A DNA stretch of 42,702 bases from a virus. The notes under the pieces are model-generated. The model was not told the origin of the DNA, searched no databases, and saw nothing but the letters and a program-made list of their open reading frames with translations. The stretch lies in IMG/VR virus record IMGVR_UViG_3300045988_133767, positions 1 through 42,702 of that record, one strand, 5' to 3'. The first letter of the stretch is position 1; each line of letters opens with the position of its first letter. Below are positions 40,885-42,702 of the stretch, in pieces. The position numbers and the translations under genes are program-made.

Positions 40885-41148
40885 ATGGATAGACAAGAAG
40901 TTATAAATATATTCGCTCAAGAAATGGCTAAAACACAAAAGAAAGCAGATAAATTTTATTATGAACAAAATAATAAAGATATGAGTTCTTATTGTGAAGA
41001 TCATGCCTTAGTAATAAAAAATTTAGCTATTAAACTCGGTATATGTGAAGAAGTTTATCAAGAAGCTTATAAAATATATGATTTTAGAAACTCAGGTAAA
41101 AAAGGATACACATTAAAAAATGGGAAAATAGTTAAAATAGAGGGGTAA
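40885..41148 (+). CDS. hypothetical protein
   Basis: 87 aa from ATG 40885. The RBS is AGGGG. Confidence 0.45.
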   Translation: MDRQEVINIFAQEMAKTQKKADKFYYEQNNKDMSSYCEDHALVIKNLAIKLGICEEVYQEAYKIYDFRNSGKKGYTLKNGKIVKIEG

Positions 41149-41151
41149 AAT

Positions 41152-41370
41152 ATGAAACAAAAGGTCAAAAGTAATTTTGAAGAAAAAATGGAGCAAAATT
41201 TAAAAAATTGTTATGAAAAGAAAATAGAAAAATATAAAAAAGAGCATGAAAAAGAAATAGAACATGTAAAATCAATAGAAGAACAACTTAAGGAATCAAT
41301 GGAAGCACAATATGATAAAGACTTAATAGATTATGATGCTCTTTTCAAATCATTAACTAAATGGGCATAA
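41152..41370 (+). CDS. hypothetical coiled-coil protein
   Basis: 72 aa with RBS AGAGGGG. Confidence 0.45.
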   Translation: MKQKVKSNFEEKMEQNLKNCYEKKIEKYKKEHEKEIEHVKSIEEQLKESMEAQYDKDLIDYDALFKSLTKWA

Positions 41371-41549
41371 GGAGGGATAAAATGAGCGATTCTCGTTAGC
41401 TCAATTATATAATGATAAAATAAATGAGTATAATCAAGAATCATATGTACATAGTCAATATATTACAGATGTAATATTAGATGAAATATATAAGCTAACA
41501 AGATATTGAACGATATGGACATTGGACATATTGGGCAAGGAGGTAAACG

Positions 41550-42182
41550 ATGAAAAAAGGTATAAAAATGAATTTACAGTTAATGGCTGATACTGGAGCT
41601 GGTGGTGGAACACCAAGCCAAACAGGTGGTGGAACAATTACTGATACTGGAGCTGGTGAGGGTTCTAATACAGGAGGAACAGGAAATCAAGCACCATCAT
41701 TTGATGATATTTTAGGCGGGAATAAAGACTATCAAGCCGAATTTGACAGAAGAGTAAGCAAGGCTTTACAAACTGCACAAACTAAATGGGAAGCAAATAA
41801 ACAAACTGCTATAACAGAAGCTGTGACAGAAGCTGAAAAACTTGCGAAAATGAAGTCAGATGAGAAAGCTAAATATGAGCAAGAAAAAAGAATAAAAGAA
41901 CTAGAAAAAAGAGAAAGAGATATAACAACTAGAGAGCTAAAGGCTCAAGCTTATGAAACATTAGCAGAAAAGAATTTACCAAAAGAGTTAATTGATACTC
42001 TTAATTTTTCGGATGCAGAAACTTGCAATGCTTCAATAGAAGCGGTTGAAAAGGCATTCCAAAATGCTGTTAAAAAGGCAGTTGAGGAAAGATTAAAAGG
42101 AGCTAAACCTGTAAAACCAGCAGACCAAACCACAGGAGATGTATTTGGATTTAACTTTACAGGTGTAAGACCTAGAAAATAA
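41550..42182 (+). CDS. capsid scaffolding protein
   Basis: RBS AAGGAGG is present. The N-terminus is Gly-rich and is followed by a long charged coiled coil. The gene lies immediately upstream of the capsid gene. Confidence 0.75.
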   Translation: MKKGIKMNLQLMADTGAGGGTPSQTGGGTITDTGAGEGSNTGGTGNQAPSFDDILGGNKDYQAEFDRRVSKALQTAQTKWEANKQTAITEAVTEAEKLAKMKSDEKAKYEQEKRIKELEKRERDITTRELKAQAYETLAEKNLPKELIDTLNFSDAETCNASIEAVEKAFQNAVKKAVEERLKGAKPVKPADQTTGDVFGFNFTGVRPRK

Positions 42183-42199
42183 TAGAAAGGATGATGTAA

Positions 42200-42702
42200 A
42201 TGACAGTAAATTACGCAGAAAGTTATTCAAGAGAATTAGCAAATGCTTATCCATATGTCTTATATTCAGGAGCATTATGGAGTAACGAAAATACAAAAAA
42301 ATATAAAGTAGTAGATGCAAAGACTATAAAAATACCACTTTTATCTACTGGAGGCAGAGTTGACGGAGATAGAACTAAAATTGGAGACTTCTCTCAAAAC
42401 TTCTCAAATGAATGGGAGACTAAAACACTTACTAACCATAGAATTTGGCAAACACTAGTGCATCCACAAGATGTAAATCAAACTAATATGGTAGCATCTA
42501 TAAGTAACATTACAAAAGTAATGAATGAAACTAAAAAGTTTCCTGAGCTAGATGCAATGATGTTCTCTACTATATATAGTTTAAGAAATGCACAAAAAGC
42601 AATAACTGCTGAAACTGCTGATTTAACAGCAAATACAGTATTGACTAAATTTGATGCTATGATGGATGCTATGGATGAAGCATTAGTGCCAGTAAGTGGA
42701 AG
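42200..42702 (+). CDS. major capsid protein, N-terminal part (runs off the window and continues at 1..467)
   Basis: ATG 42200 lies after AAAGGATGATG. The frame is open to the window end. It is not in the ORF track because no stop is reached. Confidence 0.8.
   Translation, partial: MTVNYAESYSRELANAYPYVLYSGALWSNENTKKYKVVDAKTIKIPLLSTGGRVDGDRTKIGDFSQNFSNEWETKTLTNHRIWQTLVHPQDVNQTNMVASISNITKVMNETKKFPELDAMMFSTIYSLRNAQKAITAETADLTANTVLTKFDAMMDAMDEALVPVSG
42648..42702. repeat. 55-bp exact repeat of bases 1-55 (circular-assembly overlap)
   Basis: The two ends match exactly by direct comparison. The repeat lies inside the capsid ORF. Confidence 0.95.

Noticed and set aside
42648-42702. The terminal 55-bp repeat considered as a physical DTR or cos end.
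   Set aside because: It lies in the middle of the capsid coding sequence, and its length equals a common assembler k-mer. Circular closure is the simpler explanation.

Overview
The window is a complete, circularly closed genome of a temperate siphovirus-type phage or prophage. The unit is about 42,647 bp, because bases 1-55 repeat exactly at 42648-42702. The sequence is visibly AT-rich and looks like a Clostridium or Clostridioides type Firmicute host. Nearly all genes are on the + strand. In order, the modules are:
- Capsid C-terminus, head-tail joining and tail genes (1-19.7 kb).
- Lysis cassette: XhlA, holin, amidase (19.9-21.4 kb).
- attP, integrase, lipoprotein and the CI/Cro switch (21.4-24.9 kb).
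- Early, replication and recombination genes: antirepressors, Erf, DnaD-like organizer, DnaC-like loader, VRR-NUC, C5-methyltransferase (24.9-34.5 kb).
- An ArpU/RinA-like late activator (34.6 kb).
- Terminase, portal, head morphogenesis, scaffold and the capsid N-terminus (35.8-42.7 kb).

The most unusual feature is the tape measure gene. It is split into four exons by three related group I introns, leaving a 45-nt micro-exon, and the third intron carries an HNH homing endonuclease. All three introns sit in the conserved N-terminal core of the tape measure protein.

Other observations worth follow-up:
- A tandem DUF2829 (Tad2-like, candidate anti-Thoeris) protein with its own XRE regulator, inserted in the head module.
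- A divergent RHH-repressor / AntA-antirepressor unit resembling P22 immI.
- A short CI without a protease domain.
- An Ltp-like lipoprotein between int and cI.
- A 982-aa tail fibre carrying a complete metallophosphoesterase domain.
- A 1441-aa tail lysin with several hydrolase domains.
- A Cys-rich domain fused in frame to the C5-methyltransferase across a T8 tract.
- A roughly 460-bp non-coding region with a tRNA-like T-arm/acceptor mimic and an intrinsic terminator upstream of the packaging genes.
- A GC-rich 10-bp tandem repeat after the endolysin gene.

All family assignments come from motif recognition by eye. No database search was run.
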